Part shown: piece after piece, positions 13,575-24,449 of the stretch
Layout: the number at the start of each line of letters is the position of its first letter
Numbering within the stretch: the first letter of the stretch is position 1
Assembly: GCF_009914755.1 (NCBI RefSeq)
Contig: NC_060942.1
Origin: the human T2T-CHM13v2.0 reference genome, Homo sapiens
DNA: 64,000 bases
Strand: one strand, 5' to 3'
Position numbers and translations under genes: made by a program
Notes under the pieces: model-generated
Told to the model about the DNA's origin: nothing
The model's input: the letters and a program-made list of their open reading frames with translations, nothing else
The model's database searches: none

Positions 13575-14075
13575 TTCTTAGTATTTATTTGGGTTCAAGA
13601 AACAGAAATCTACTCTACTTAATTTAAGACCAGAGGGATTTGTTATAACGATACAGGGATATCACATAGAACCTTAGTGCAGGAAGTACAGCCAGTCCTC
13701 TGAAGACTGAACTGGGGCCCGGAAAATCATCAGGAGCTAACCAGCTACTTTCTCAGTCTCTTTTTTCTCTCTGGGGCCACATGATCTACCATCTGCTCCA
13801 TTCTCTTGCTTTTCTCAGCAGACAGTCTCTCTCTGCACCAAGTTTTCATGGGCCAGGGAGCACCATGACCTCTAGTCTCTTGCCTCATGGTTCATATTCT
13901 TAAGAGAAAGAATCTGAATGGCCCAGGTCATAGGTCAGGTTTGCAGCCCTGGTCCCCCATCAACTGTAGCCAAAGAGGAGTAAAATCTCATGACAAGACA
14001 AGGCAGGAGAGGCCCAGACCTTCAGCAGTGGCAAGGAGTTGGTAGGGGTGCTGTTCGAAAGACAGGAATATGTAG
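13575..14075 (-). mobile_element. Old MaLR LTR (MLT1K/L-like)
   Basis: gggttcaagaaacagaaatctactctacttaatttaag...gaaagaatctgaatggcccagg...ccccatcaactgtagccaaagagg. Confidence 0.55.
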
Positions 14076-14115
14076 ACATATTGCTTTCTTTTAAAAACAA
14101 TGTTGATCATATACA

Positions 14116-14141
<26 letters not shown>
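14116..14141. repeat. (GT)13 microsatellite
   Basis: Direct read. Confidence 0.97.
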
Positions 14142-14146
<5 letters not shown>

Positions 14147-15597
14147 GAACAAGTGAGCTAGTTAATACTTAAAAATTTTGCTTGTAAGTTTTATGCTAAA
14201 GAAAAATGAGAAACGAGTTTTTTTTCTAATGGGAAAATAAAAGAGATTAAGTTGTTAGAGGCTTGTAAGGACAGAGAGATGAAAATAGGATATAAAATTC
14301 AATAGAAAAGCACTCTTTTTGAAAATGTTATTTAAGAAAGAAAATTCTGACATCTACATGCAGGGTAGGAAGGCTCTGGAAACAACAGTGGGCAGGCAGC
14401 CCATTTGGAGTTTAAATTTTATAATCTTCTGTTCATAATATAGAACCAGACCACAAAGGTTTAAAGAGTGTGGGCTAAGTGTCCCTCACTCAGCAGACAG
14501 CAACTCGTTGTAGATATTTAAAGATTAAAAGCAGAGGCAGTTAGTCAACTGTGTAATATTTACTGATTTGAGCAGCTCTACCATACAGACATCTTACACA
14601 TAAATTTAACTCTTATTATTGTGTTGCCCTTTTCCAAGAAAGGGTAAAGTGGATTTGTAGGAGCACTTAACACATGTAAATTCCCCACTCTTTAAACCAA
14701 AGCGCCTTGTATTAAAGAGCTACATAAATTTTACAAGTATTCTGTCCTTTTGAGATCATAGATCTATTCTTTCCTGTACCACAATTAAAGCGATGCCTCT
14801 TTGTAAGCCAGTTCCATGAAACTTGTTGGAAGATATCTCACAAAAGACACCGCTTTTGCTAAGTGCATAATTGCACCGAGGATATAAGGATGTGCAGAGG
14901 TTCCAGGCTGGGGCATTCTCAAGCCTCTGTCAGCAAAGAGCTCACTGTTTCATTGGCCACTGCAGCCTTCTTTGAACTTTATTTACTCATTTAATGTGCT
15001 TCTCCACTTTTCTTAAAACTAGCTTTAAAAAATGATTTAAAGCATGACTTCCTTCACACAGCTAATAGTCCATGAAACAGCTTAGTACTTATAAAGGAAT
15101 GCTCAAATTGATAGCGAAAGAATCTGAAATGCTATATTTTTCCACTGATAAGATACAACCTAGCCAGAGATCATGTGATTTTTATCTATCTCATCAACAG
15201 TATGTTTTCCCAAACTTTGTTCCAAAGGAAGCAAAAGTTGTATTTTAAATTGAAAGTGGTCAGTGCCAAATGATTTGATGGATCAGCTGGAATGATTAAA
15301 AATGTATTTTGTGAAAGAGATTAATAACAATTATTTTGACCAAATTCTTGGAAAATCATATAGTGACTGCATACATTTCTACCGGAAAAATAGCAAGTAA
15401 GAGATTTAACAGTTTTATCTAATCAGGCTTAGATAGTATTTATGAGAAAAGTTGGTTTCGGTTTGGCAAAGTCAGGTTTGAATTTCAACTGTTTCTAGAC
15501 TCAATGATTTCAACTTGTGCTATGTGATATCTCCCAAGAGACTAGATATAAAATCATGAGCTTTGAAATATGTTTCCTAAATAATATTCCATAACAG

Positions 15598-15755
15598 AAT
15601 TTTTGTTGAGTACACAGTGTTTCATCATATGGTTCTTTGTCTTAATTTATTATTATTATTTATTTAGCTCATCCCTGATTGTTAGACATTTTTATATTTG
15701 CTAATCTTTCCCTTATTATAAATAATTCTGTAGTGGACATCCTTGTAGATAAGTA
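15598..15755 (-). mobile_element. Old L1 (L1ME-like) fragment
   Basis: cagtgtttcatcatatgg...tccctgattgttagacattt...attataaataattctgtagtggacatccttgtagata. Confidence 0.55.
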
Positions 15756-18700
15756 ATGTCCTTTAAACTTGTGCCCCTGGCTCCTCTCTCCCTCGGCTGC
15801 AGTCAATCTATTCCACGCCCCTGACTTATTAATCATGAAGATCATTCTTCTGGAAACAACATTTTGTTGAAAACAGGATGGTCAGATATTCTGGCTGTGC
15901 CCAGAGCCTCCACAATGTAGTTTTAACCTCCTGTTTCTTCATGATTGCCTGGTGATTTCCCAAGGTTCTGCTACTTGAAGTTTGGCTACAACTACCAGCT
16001 AATTTTTACACTACAATCCAAACCACTTTTTCTCAGAGGGAGAGGGATTTGTTGGGAGAAGGGAGTCCACCAGAGTCCTTCCTGGAGATCTTTGGAAGAG
16101 AAGACCATGAAAGAAAAACTGTTCTCTCTCCAGAGAGAGAACAGTGAGGATGTAATATGTAAACTTTGACAACTTAAGCAGCCATGTTTTCTGCCAGGTG
16201 AACACTGGAAGAGGAGAAAGTTTGCCTGCAGATGGAGAAGAACGAGCACAGGTAGAGAGGAGTGTGTGTGTGTGTAGGGTGAGATACAGAGACAGAGACA
16301 TTCTGATAAACATTCTAACAGAGATGAAAAGAAAGAGAAAGATGAATTGAAGTGGCCCTTCCCTGGATGAATACAAGGAGAGAGGAGCAGCAGGGATGTG
16401 GGAGGGGAAATTCAACTCCTGGGAAGTAGTGGAATGAGAAAATTAGATCTGCTCACCTCTTTACTGCTGCCCTGCACACCAAGATCAGAGTTGGACTGAG
16501 AAGTGGACCACTCAAACGGGTACATGGTACACCAATGCACAAATGCATTTAAGTGCTCTTAGGAATATCTTACTGACACTGGAAAATCCCCAGGGGTATT
16601 CCAATGACACCAGAAATGTCGCAAGATGGAGCAAACTGCATTTCTAATACTCCTCTCAGGGAGACTCTGACATGCGGAGGGAAGGGATTCTTTGGTGAGC
16701 TGCTTGGAAGGCAGATGCGTTCCCCTATGAGACATGCTTGAGGTCAACAGATGGTCTTTAAGTAACCTTCAAACGAGACTGGGTCATCTTAAAATCAGGG
16801 TTCTCATGGAGCTTGGGGCCAAAGCTGAATTTATTTGGGAAGGAAGATCTTTGAGTGCTGCCACCCACTGCCTTTTCTCTGCCCTTCCCTTCATATAACA
16901 TCCTATTCTTGTTCTTTTCTGAACATATTTAGAGACCATCAATTTGAAGGCGTGCAGAATTAAAAGCCTGCCTAGAGCCCCCCTCTTTTATCCTCTGGAG
17001 GACACCCACATGTCTGGCCTTGAGTGATTGTTTCCTCTTCTATATTTTTTCTTAGGCTCTTCTCTTATCTCTGCATGATGCTTTTTTCAAGGACTAGTTT
17101 ACATTCTATATATGTTAGCCCAGTGGTTCCATCTAAGCCACCACGGACACCAACCTTGAACCCTCTGCAGAAGAGCTAATGAGAACTAGAGAGGCAACAA
17201 ATCTGTACTCTAGATGTGATTCCTGCAAAGGCTAGTTGGCACAAGGGCATCCATGCTATTAGCTGGCAGTGAAAAGCAGGTGTATCTCCTGTGGAGTAAG
17301 GTGTCATATGAACAGACAACATCTATGGCCACAGGACACTTTACTTCCTCTGGAAGACCCAGACCAGAAAGTTTGCACAAGACGTCTACATTGTCACAAT
17401 CAGGTGCCATTCTTATTATTTAAATCAACTTCTAAATGGCCACTTGAGTTTTGACAGAAATCTGTTCTAGAATTTAGCAAATGCAGAGAATGAAAAGAAA
17501 TTCTGTCGCAGAGCCCAGTCTCTAAAGGCAGCAGGTGGGAGCCAGTTGAATGGTAGACACCCCCTAATTCTGGGCTGTGCCCATGCTGCCAACTCCTCAA
17601 TATTATCATGAAGAGGGCGAAAAGAAGAAAATACATTTGGCAGTTTAAATCAGATAATTATTTTTTAAAAAGGTATGCTGAATATAACTCCCAGGTTTGA
17701 TCCATCTGTTTAAACTTAAGTAAAAGAGCGTCACTCCTCAACTGACCATGCTACGTGATGAATATGCTCTTGAAATGAATGCTTTCAGATGGTTTCCTTT
17801 TATGAAACGTGCACAAAGATGTGTACTGTGGTGGTGGAGTTGGCCTTGTAAGACATCTGGCTACAACATGTGCCTCATTAAGTTACACCTGTAAGTGTGG
17901 GGTCATTTTTTATGCCAGTAATATTAATAATAAAGGGTTCATTGAATAGGATTATTAATGGTGCCAGGTGGAGGATGTAGTATTACTTACAGCCTGGTAG
18001 GGGATTGGCTAACGTCTCCTCCCACCAACGTTTCTGGTTTCATGTTTATAGACAGAGCCCTCCAGATGATGGCTGGCAATGTAGCCATTGAGAAAATGAA
18101 TTCTCCGTTTCCCATCAGCAAGAGCATGTACAACAGTTGGTAGAGAATTTGAATGAATCTATTTTCTAATTTTGAATGTATAATCTTGTGGAAGAGCACG
18201 TAAGATATTTACCAATTAATTCAAGAAATTAAAAAGTCACTTTCAAAGTTTCACTTTCCCCTAACTTAAATGGAAACTTTTCAGCCCTAGCCATCTCCTA
18301 TCATTTCTTATTTCAAGAGACATTCATCTCTGCATTTTCCCTTTGTGGTCACAAACTGCAAATCAAAAGGAAAAAAACTGAGAAGAAATCTAAAACCTTT
18401 CCTTCCTTCTGTGGAATGTTTGCCTTTGCTGTTTTACAATGCAAGACTTGTAACAGAAGGAAATGGAGGCTCAAGATAGGGCACTTTTTAATGTGCATTA
18501 TTACAGGTGTTATAACATGTCTGGTAAATTCAAAGTATTGTTTGATTTGACAACCAGATCCCAAGACTTAGAATACCAACTCATGTTTTAGCTTCAGATC
18601 ACATGCAACTAGAATAAATTTTTAAATTTAACAAGGCAGTTGTTGAATGTTAATTAAATTGCATTTGAGTAATAAAATCCAATTGATTGCTAAGAGTATG

Positions 18701-18809
18701 CTAAGGCATAATAGAAAAATTGTCTTTTACATATCTTTAGCCATTCATAAATACACACTCACATATCTATTTGTGCAGAAACAATAAACTAATGAAAACA
18801 GTTAAAAAT

Positions 18810-19027
18810 CTATTTGTATCGCACTTTACAGTTTAGAACTGATCTTTTTTACATACATTATATTAACAGCTCTGTGAGGTAGGTGGTGGTGTTATCTTCA
18901 TTTTGCAGAGAAGAAAACTGAAGTTCAGAGACTGATATTCTCAAGATACACACTTAGCAAGTGGTCTCTGCAAAACTGAAACCCTCCCTCATTGAATCTA
19001 AACTTTTATGTTGTTCCACTCCACCAT
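18810..19027 (-). mobile_element. MIR SINE
   Basis: aacagctctgtgaggtagg...tcattttgcagagaagaaaactgaagttcagaga. Confidence 0.75.
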
Positions 19028-19124
19028 CTGTTTCCCCTTTCCCAGCCAATTAACTCCCCTCGAGAAAAATCCTAAAATCCAGGAACGACTTCCACTGCCA
19101 CCTCATTTTAGTATAAAGACATTT

Positions 19125-19445
19125 ACATAATCTGGATGAATCTCATCGAGTTAATGATGAGTGGAGAAAGACAGCCACAAAGAATACATACGGTACAGTT
19201 TCATTTCTGGGAAGTTGAAGTCAGTCAAAACTAACCCAAGGTGACAGAAGTCAGAACAGTGGTTACCTCTAGGGAGAGGGTATTGACTAAGAGCACGAGG
19301 GTGCCTTCTGGGGTGTGAGAATATTCTGTATCTTGATATGAGTGGTGATGACTCACATGTATGCATGTAAAAGCTTAGCAGAACACAAGATTTGTAAAGT
19401 TTGTTGTAACTCTATCATATATCAATAAAAAATTAATTTTAAAAA
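19125..19445 (+). mobile_element. Old L1 (L1ME1/2-like) 3' end
   Basis: tggatgaatctc...agaagtcagaacagtggttacctctaggg...gcacgagggtgccttctggggtg...atattctgtatcttgat...atcaataaaaaa. Confidence 0.75.
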
Positions 19446-19599
19446 GAGCTTATTGCATCAAATATGTACTAAATGTCCCTGAAATGTGTCCCCTTATATT
19501 TTTTATTTTGGGAAAAAGAATCATACCCTATTCTAGATTCCCTAGGCTTTCTCATGCCTCTACTATCTGTTCTTATTGTGCCTAGCTATTTCTTCTATC

Positions 19600-19768
19600 A
19601 TTAATCATAGTATTTTATAATTGTCTGAATACATGGCTGTCTGTTTCTCAATGGGCAGAGAGCACTTGTTCCTTGTGTCCATGTTCCCAGCATCTAGCAC
19701 AGTATCTGGCATGAAATATTTACTCAATAAATCCTTCTCGAGCAGTGAAAAAATGGATGAATGGATGG
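19600..19768 (+). mobile_element. L2 3' end
   Basis: cccagcatctagcacagtatctggcat...actcaataaat...atggatgaatggatgg. Confidence 0.7.
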
Positions 19769-21274
19769 GCCAAATGACTTTTCATTTTGTTGTTTTATAA
19801 CTCAGACCTAGGATATGGGTTATATTAGGATGTACTGTAAGATCAGGAAATAGGACATCAGATGGGGCTTTCCAAAAAGTCTTGGGTCATTGCCTTTCAA
19901 AGCTGGCTATAGTTAAACCACCATCACCACACCACCAATCCAGAGATATAAGCTCTAATGAGACCATTTCCACTGTTGGGATCTGATTGCCTCCTTTCTA
20001 GACCTTTCTATTACATGGCTTCCCCTGCTTATGACAAAGAGGAGCCCTCAACTCTATTCTTTTCTGTATTTATTCCTGCCTAGCTCCCAGCCCTTTGTCC
20101 AATTCTCTTCTAAATTTCTTTGTAGGGGAAAGTTTGTTCACACCCCGCCCAAAACAAAGAGGAAACCAGACTCCTGCATCCAGCACTCCAGCTTCATTTT
20201 TATCAGTAGCTTTCATCAGCCTTTTTTATTTATCTGAGTTCCAAGTTTAGAATGAGTAAATGTCACCATTATCCTAATTTTGAATAGTAGCCTCTCCTGT
20301 TGAAGGTTTCCAATTTCTGCTCTGCTTTGTGTTTGCTTCCTAGGTTTGTGGTTTTCCTTCTATCGAGACTGGCCTTTAACATAACTGTGAAGAAAGCAGC
20401 TTGTCCTGGGTACCTCCTTTCTTTTCCTTTTCTCCAACTGTTTTATTCTGTGAGTTGCAGATTATGTCAAAAGCACGCCAAATGAGCCTGCCCAATTCCA
20501 GGAGAATACTTGGGTTAGGTGGTGCTCTAGTAAGAGAATAGTTGGACTGTGCATTTTATCTTCTTGGCTCAAGCCTACTCAGTTGACTTGTTTACCATTG
20601 TCATCTCTACAACCTGCTCTTCACTTGGAGTGAAAATTCTCTAGATTATGTTTCTTTTGAGGGTCTGGTATGAAGGCTCTGTTGCTGTTTTGGAGCAAAT
20701 AAACAGCCATCAACAAGTACTAGCATTCACCTGTCTGGTAAATGCTTCTGAAGATGGTGATTCTCCAAGGCCATGCCTCCTAAAACACTGTGCTTTTGTT
20801 CTGCTCTGATAGTCTCCATGAAGTTGCTCGGGTTGTGTATATATTCAGCACTTTATGGGGTTTGTACTCTTTGTGCTCTGGGCAGAAATACCAGGCAGTC
20901 AAATGCAGAAATCATAAAAATGCCCTGGAGGGTCATAGAAGTGATGGGATTTGGGGACTGAGGATAAACCTATCTGCTCTTCTTTTTCCATTTATACTCT
21001 TTAATGACTTATCTGGGCACTACAATGGGGGTAAAGAAGGACAGAAAAAAGCAAGTAGGAGGTAAATTAGCACAGAAAAGAGAAGGAAGATATACTTCAA
21101 ATATAAATGTCACAATTTTGTGTGGTGCTCGTTCCAGAGTCTGGTTAGCCCAGAGAGCATGTTGGGTTTGCTCCCTCCACTCCATTTAAGCAAAACCCTC
21201 AATATTTGTCCCACACATCTGAGCTAGGGCACCCTGTGAAGACTGAAGACTATAGTGTCAAATAATCAAGTGCA

Positions 21275-21460
21275 GGATTGAGAGTCAGAGGGGATTGTAT
21301 TCAAGTTCTGACAACTTCTTCCTCTCTAAGCCCCAACTTCCTCATCGTAAAATTAGAATAATAATATAAAAGTCACCACAAACCTGTTTTTAAGTGTCAG
21401 TTGAGATGTTATTTAAGAAAAAGTACTATAAATGGAAAAACATCTTCAAATATTAATTGT
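21275..21460 (+). mobile_element. MIR (MIRc-like)
   Basis: gagagtcagag...cctctctaagccccaacttcctcatcgtaaaattagaataataat. Confidence 0.6.
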
Positions 21461-22544
21461 GATTATCCTGCCTCTTGCTGGCTGCTTACAGTAATTCGGA
21501 AAATTACTAAGAATTTTCCTTTCACTGGTCAGGCATATGCGAGAATGATTCCAAGCCAGGAAATTATTCTGCCTAGTTAAATGTGGTTGAATGTGTAGGC
21601 TGGTGGGGTAGTCAGAGATGGGGGCTTGGGGGTTACAGACAGTGGTATTAAATGAGGTAGTCTAGTATTTTCTCTACTCTGGGGCTAAGGGGTTTCCTTG
21701 CCAGTCATTAGGCATAGATCCATTTTCTAGACACCGGGATATTTAGTCACTCTGTGATTCTTCAAAATTGATGGCGGCTAATTCTTAAAATAACACTTTA
21801 ATGGGTTAACAGCCAATGAAGGAGAGCTATGTTGATTAAACCTCCCTTACAAACATGTTTGATGATTATGAGAGTAAGGCACTGGGTAGATTGCCTTTAG
21901 GGTATTGTTAAATCTAAAATGTGTGAAACGTTGTCTGAAAGAGGAACCCAGTGCATTCTCCCTGCTCTGTGCTCCTCCAGCCCTGACTTGAAATGAGACA
22001 TGGCTTGATTGTTATGGTGGCTGCACAGTCTTTCAGCACATCTTCTACCCTAAAGATGGAGGCAGCAGGAACCCCAGAATGTCAAACCAGGAAACCAAAT
22101 CCAGCTTGAAGCCATTCTGTTATCAAAGTGATGCTTCCTTGCTCACAAGAATGCCTCCAGGCCAGCAACGCAGATCTTAAGCAGAGGTGAAACCACATCC
22201 TCCCAACTTCTGCTTGTCCGGTGGGATCAGTGCACAGCTGAATAGGGTGAGTATGAGAGGATAAAGATGCACAAAGAAAAGAGAGTAGGGTCTGGTAGGT
22301 GCTCCAGGATAAGCACTAGAGGAGACTCTATGACTGGAGGGGGCCTGATGAGCCTGCCTCAACTTGCTTCTTCCCTTTGGAAAGTACAGCAAAGAGGAAC
22401 AGGGAAGAGAAAGGTTAAAAAATCCATTTGTGGATGGATTTTTAAAAAATATTGGGGAGTGAGTCAAAGATGATCTTAGGAACAGAGATTACTTCCTTCT
22501 TTTAGCTACATTTTCTAAAAGTCAGGGGGCGGAAGAAAAGGGAA

Positions 22545-22760
22545 GGAACATTTATTATGTGCCAACTTGGTGCCAGACATTCTGCTTGCACTTTTAACTT
22601 TACCTCATTTAAACTTCCTAGGAATCATAGTAGGTTTTTTAATCCCCCTGTTTCCATATGAAGAAACCAAGGTCCGTGGAGTTTCAGTTACCTAAAGTCA
22701 CATGTGCTGCAGCCAGGTCCTACCAGATGTGCCTGCCTGCAAGGCACTCTACCATATTGC
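22545..22760 (-). mobile_element. MIR SINE
   Basis: acatttattatgtgcc...cctcatttaaacttcc...atgaagaaaccaaggtccgtggagtttcagttacctaaagtcaca. Confidence 0.65.
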
Positions 22761-23340
22761 CCCTCCGTGCTTATGACTTCCCTGGTATTTCCAAAGGTCT
22801 AGAAATAGGGCTAGGAACATATGCTTTGATATGTTGTTCCTTAGGATTTTCAGGGACTAAAAAAGGGCAAACCAAACATTCATAAATGCAAATTATTTAT
22901 GTAGATAAACCAAATGCATTTTTGTGAAAATCAATTAAAATTCTACAAGGCAATGCTTTTCTGAACAGTAGTGTGTAACTAACAACTGCTAAAAAAAACT
23001 GATCGTATAAATTAAAACCTAGCCCTCAAATTGGGCTGACTTCTAACAGCTTCAAGGTGGCCCCAGGATTTACAAATCGAGTGACCAGGTTTCAGAGACC
23101 TCTTCAGGTTCAAATAAGATTTACACCCAGACTTAACACATAACTTATGCCTGGAGATAGAATCTCATTTGGGGTGGGGGATGGGAAATGTGTGTGCACA
23201 AAAATTATATTTCATTCTGGGTTTACCCTAGAGGCAATTTTTGGAGTTAAACTACCTTAATATATTTAGAAGAAATTTAACTCTACTCCTGTACAAGTCC
23301 CAGCTTTGCTGAATACCATCTTCAAGCGTAACCTCAGTTG

Positions 23341-23895
23341 TGGGAAACTAAATACGTAAGTGACCAATGGCTAGACCATATATAAAATTAGAACTTTGAT
23401 CCACAATCTGGAGCAAGCTCTCCAGGAAACCAACCTTTTATCTACTATAAACAACCTAGAAAGCCAGCCTGCTAGAAGTCAGACTTGCAGGAAGCCAGTC
23501 TGCTGTCTCTAGTGACAATCTAGGAAGCTATACAATAACTTCTGTAGCAATCAGCTCCAAGTGGCCAGAATTTGTTTAATAACTGGCAGCTTTCCTATTT
23601 TTTGTCCCTGTTTCCAACTTAGGACCAATAAGAGGAAGCCAAATATGCACCTCTAATTAATCACATAGCACACCCCACTTCTAGTTAGGCTGCTTCCAAC
23701 TTTTCCATTTCAACAGGCTCTAATCAGGGCATACCTGAAGCTTTCCCTGTTTTCCACTCTAAAGCTTTCCCATTCCTGCCTGCCTTCGAGTCTCTGCCAA
23801 AATTCAGGTGCTTGTGGATGACCCCCTTGCTGTAGCACGCTCTCAATAAAGAGCCTTTGCTTTTCTCTTCTTGTTGCTTTTCTCTTTTTGTTACA
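23341..23895 (+). mobile_element. Solo ERV1-class LTR (MER89/MER90-like)
   Basis: TG...CA ends, ~555 bp, AATAAA at ~23846, flanking agttg/acttg near-duplication; internal motifs (gaccatatataaaattagaact, aagtcagacttgcaggaagccag) recalled from this LTR group; exact family uncertain. Confidence 0.7.
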
Positions 23896-23969
23896 ACTTG
23901 CACAGTTGCATCATCCCATCTTCACGTGGAGCAGCTCCTTTGATATAGGAAAGACTGAAGACATACATT

Positions 23970-24100
23970 GCACATTGCAGATGAGGAAACTGAGGTCCAA
24001 GGAGGTCAGTGATTCTCTTTGAGTAGAACATGGTATAGTCAGGAGCCCACCCCAGAATCACAGGTGTCCTGACTCCTGCCCATTATTTCCCCACTACTCT
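23970..24100 (-). mobile_element. MIR core
   Basis: ttgcagatgaggaaactgaggtccaaggaggtcagtga. Confidence 0.7.
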
Positions 24101-24392
24101 CTGCTGCCTCCCAGCTGAGCTTTTAAGGAGGTGGGAGGAGGAGTCGATGAGAAATTGGAGTATGAATAGTGATTCTGCGGAAGATAACGCTGTGGTTCCA
24201 TTCACCACATTTCTAAAATGGGGTGAAAAGACCTCTTTGTTGGAGAGAACAGAACCCAAAAAGTAATCCCCCCTCCTCTTCCCCTGGCAGAGAAAATGTA
24301 GAAGTGTCTCTTGGGGTTTATACGTCTTCTAGGCCTGCAAGCCAAAGCTGGTTCTCCACCCTGCAACCAATTTTCAAGAGCAAAATATTTCT

Positions 24393-24449
24393 TTCCTGTT
24401 TGCTTGTTTGTTTATTTGCCTCTTAAAAAGACAAACAAGCAAACAGGAA
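24393..24449. repeat. Perfect 19-bp inverted repeat (hairpin)
   Basis: ttcctgtttgcttgtttgt (24393-24411) is the exact reverse complement of acaaacaagcaaacaggaa (24431-24449). Confidence 0.95.

Noticed and set aside
16795-17025. Possible hAT-Tip100 MITE remnant
   Set aside because: Only the 3' ~60 bp look familiar; family and ends cannot be supported.
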